A stretch of 64,000 bases of DNA from Podarcis gaigeae (lineage: Eukaryota), in NCBI GenBank assembly GCA_964106915.2, contig OZ066917.1. One strand, 5' to 3'. The stretch's first letter is position 1. Each line of letters starts with the position of its first letter. Of the stretch, positions 63,213-64,000 are shown one piece after another. The notes below the pieces were generated by a model. The model was given only the letters and a program-made list of their open reading frames with translations, searched no databases and was not told where the DNA came from. A program made the translations under genes and the position numbers.

Positions 63213-64000
63213 GCGTTGGCACAGATGGACAAGGGATTCATTATTTCCAACAGAGCAGCTACCGCTGACAAAAGCCAATGCACCACAATGGCCATACCAC
63301 CCCACCGTCCTCTCAATCCCTTGTTTCTCTCTTCCATATAGATACATACGAAAGGGTATCTGAAGTCAGCCCAACCATCACTTCATTCACCCTTGCATCT
63401 TGCATCTGGGGCCTGCTCTACCCTGATTTCTGCAGAGAAGAGGCAGCTCCTCCTTGATGATACACATTTAGTGGGGGACCAGCTAACCCAGTGCTGCAGC
63501 AACCCACCTCTATATCTGCATGCATGTAGTATACATATACATAGCATATACATTATGAGGGTGAAAAGAGAACCATTGGGTCAGTGGGAAGGGGCCCCCA
63601 AGTCTGGAGCCACATTTGCTACTGGATGTATGGAAATCATTTCAATCTTTTAAAATCCAAACGCTTGGGCTTTTATAAAGAAGGGTATAAAAAGGGGGAA
63701 ATTATTTCTTGTCCTGCTATATGCCCTGACCAGGATGCAAAACTAACAGCTTAAACTAATTCAGTATGTCTAATAATATTCCATAATATTTCCTCAAAAT
63801 ACTACTTTCAGGGGGTGACACACATGGAGTGCTAACCAGCCTGCAATTATATCAAGAGATCAGCTCCTGCAAGTATATACACAGGCATATAGTCTATAAA
63901 AGAAAAACAAACAAAGACCAAGTGTTTCACACTTATTTTAAAAACCCAACTCAACCCATGAAACCAACCAACATACTGTAAAAGCTGCATTACCAAAACA

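Larger units (their letters stand above)
42867..64000 (-). other. CFAP44: CFAP44 (WDR52) 3' part; 17 exons in window, gene continues beyond the right edge
   Basis: Spliced translation resembles recalled CFAP44: final WD40 repeat ([33 protein letters not shown]), [31 protein letters not shown], an acidic stretch, long coiled coils. Phases are consistent. Confidence 0.93.

Noticed and set aside
1-64000. CRISPR arrays, operons or other prokaryote-type systems; rRNA, snoRNA or miRNA genes
   Set aside because: This is intron-rich vertebrate DNA with no repeat-spacer array. The hairpins seen are explained by MITE inverted ends. Small ncRNAs cannot be excluded without an Rfam/Infernal search.

Overview
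This is vertebrate genomic DNA, very likely from a squamate and probably a lacertid lizard, judging by Sauria/Squam-type SINEs, BovB, lizard-type L2/CR1 and hAT/Tc1 MITEs. It holds two convergent spliced genes. On the + strand is the complete coding region of BOC, the Hedgehog co-receptor 'brother of CDO': 18 coding exons at 9476-41861, a 3303-nt spliced ORF (about 1100 aa) with signal peptide, 4 Ig, 3 FNIII, TM and cytoplasmic tail. Its promoter and first non-coding exon(s) appear to lie upstream of the window. On the - strand are the last 17 exons of CFAP44/WDR52 (61817 down to 43476, about 1050 aa: end of the WD40 region plus coiled coils). All exon phases join in frame. Introns are dense with transposon relics and a few repeat-free, enhancer-like blocks. 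I found no convincing novel biological system. The most notable details are a GC-AG intron in CFAP44, a uORF whose stop overlaps a BOC ATG (ATGA), a CR1 LINE with a twin-priming-type 5' inversion and two nested insertions, inverted repeat pairs flanking exon blocks, a compact ARE/miRNA/Pumilio cluster in the BOC 3'UTR, and closely apposed convergent 3' ends. Gene and repeat family names come from my recall of homologues, not from database searches.
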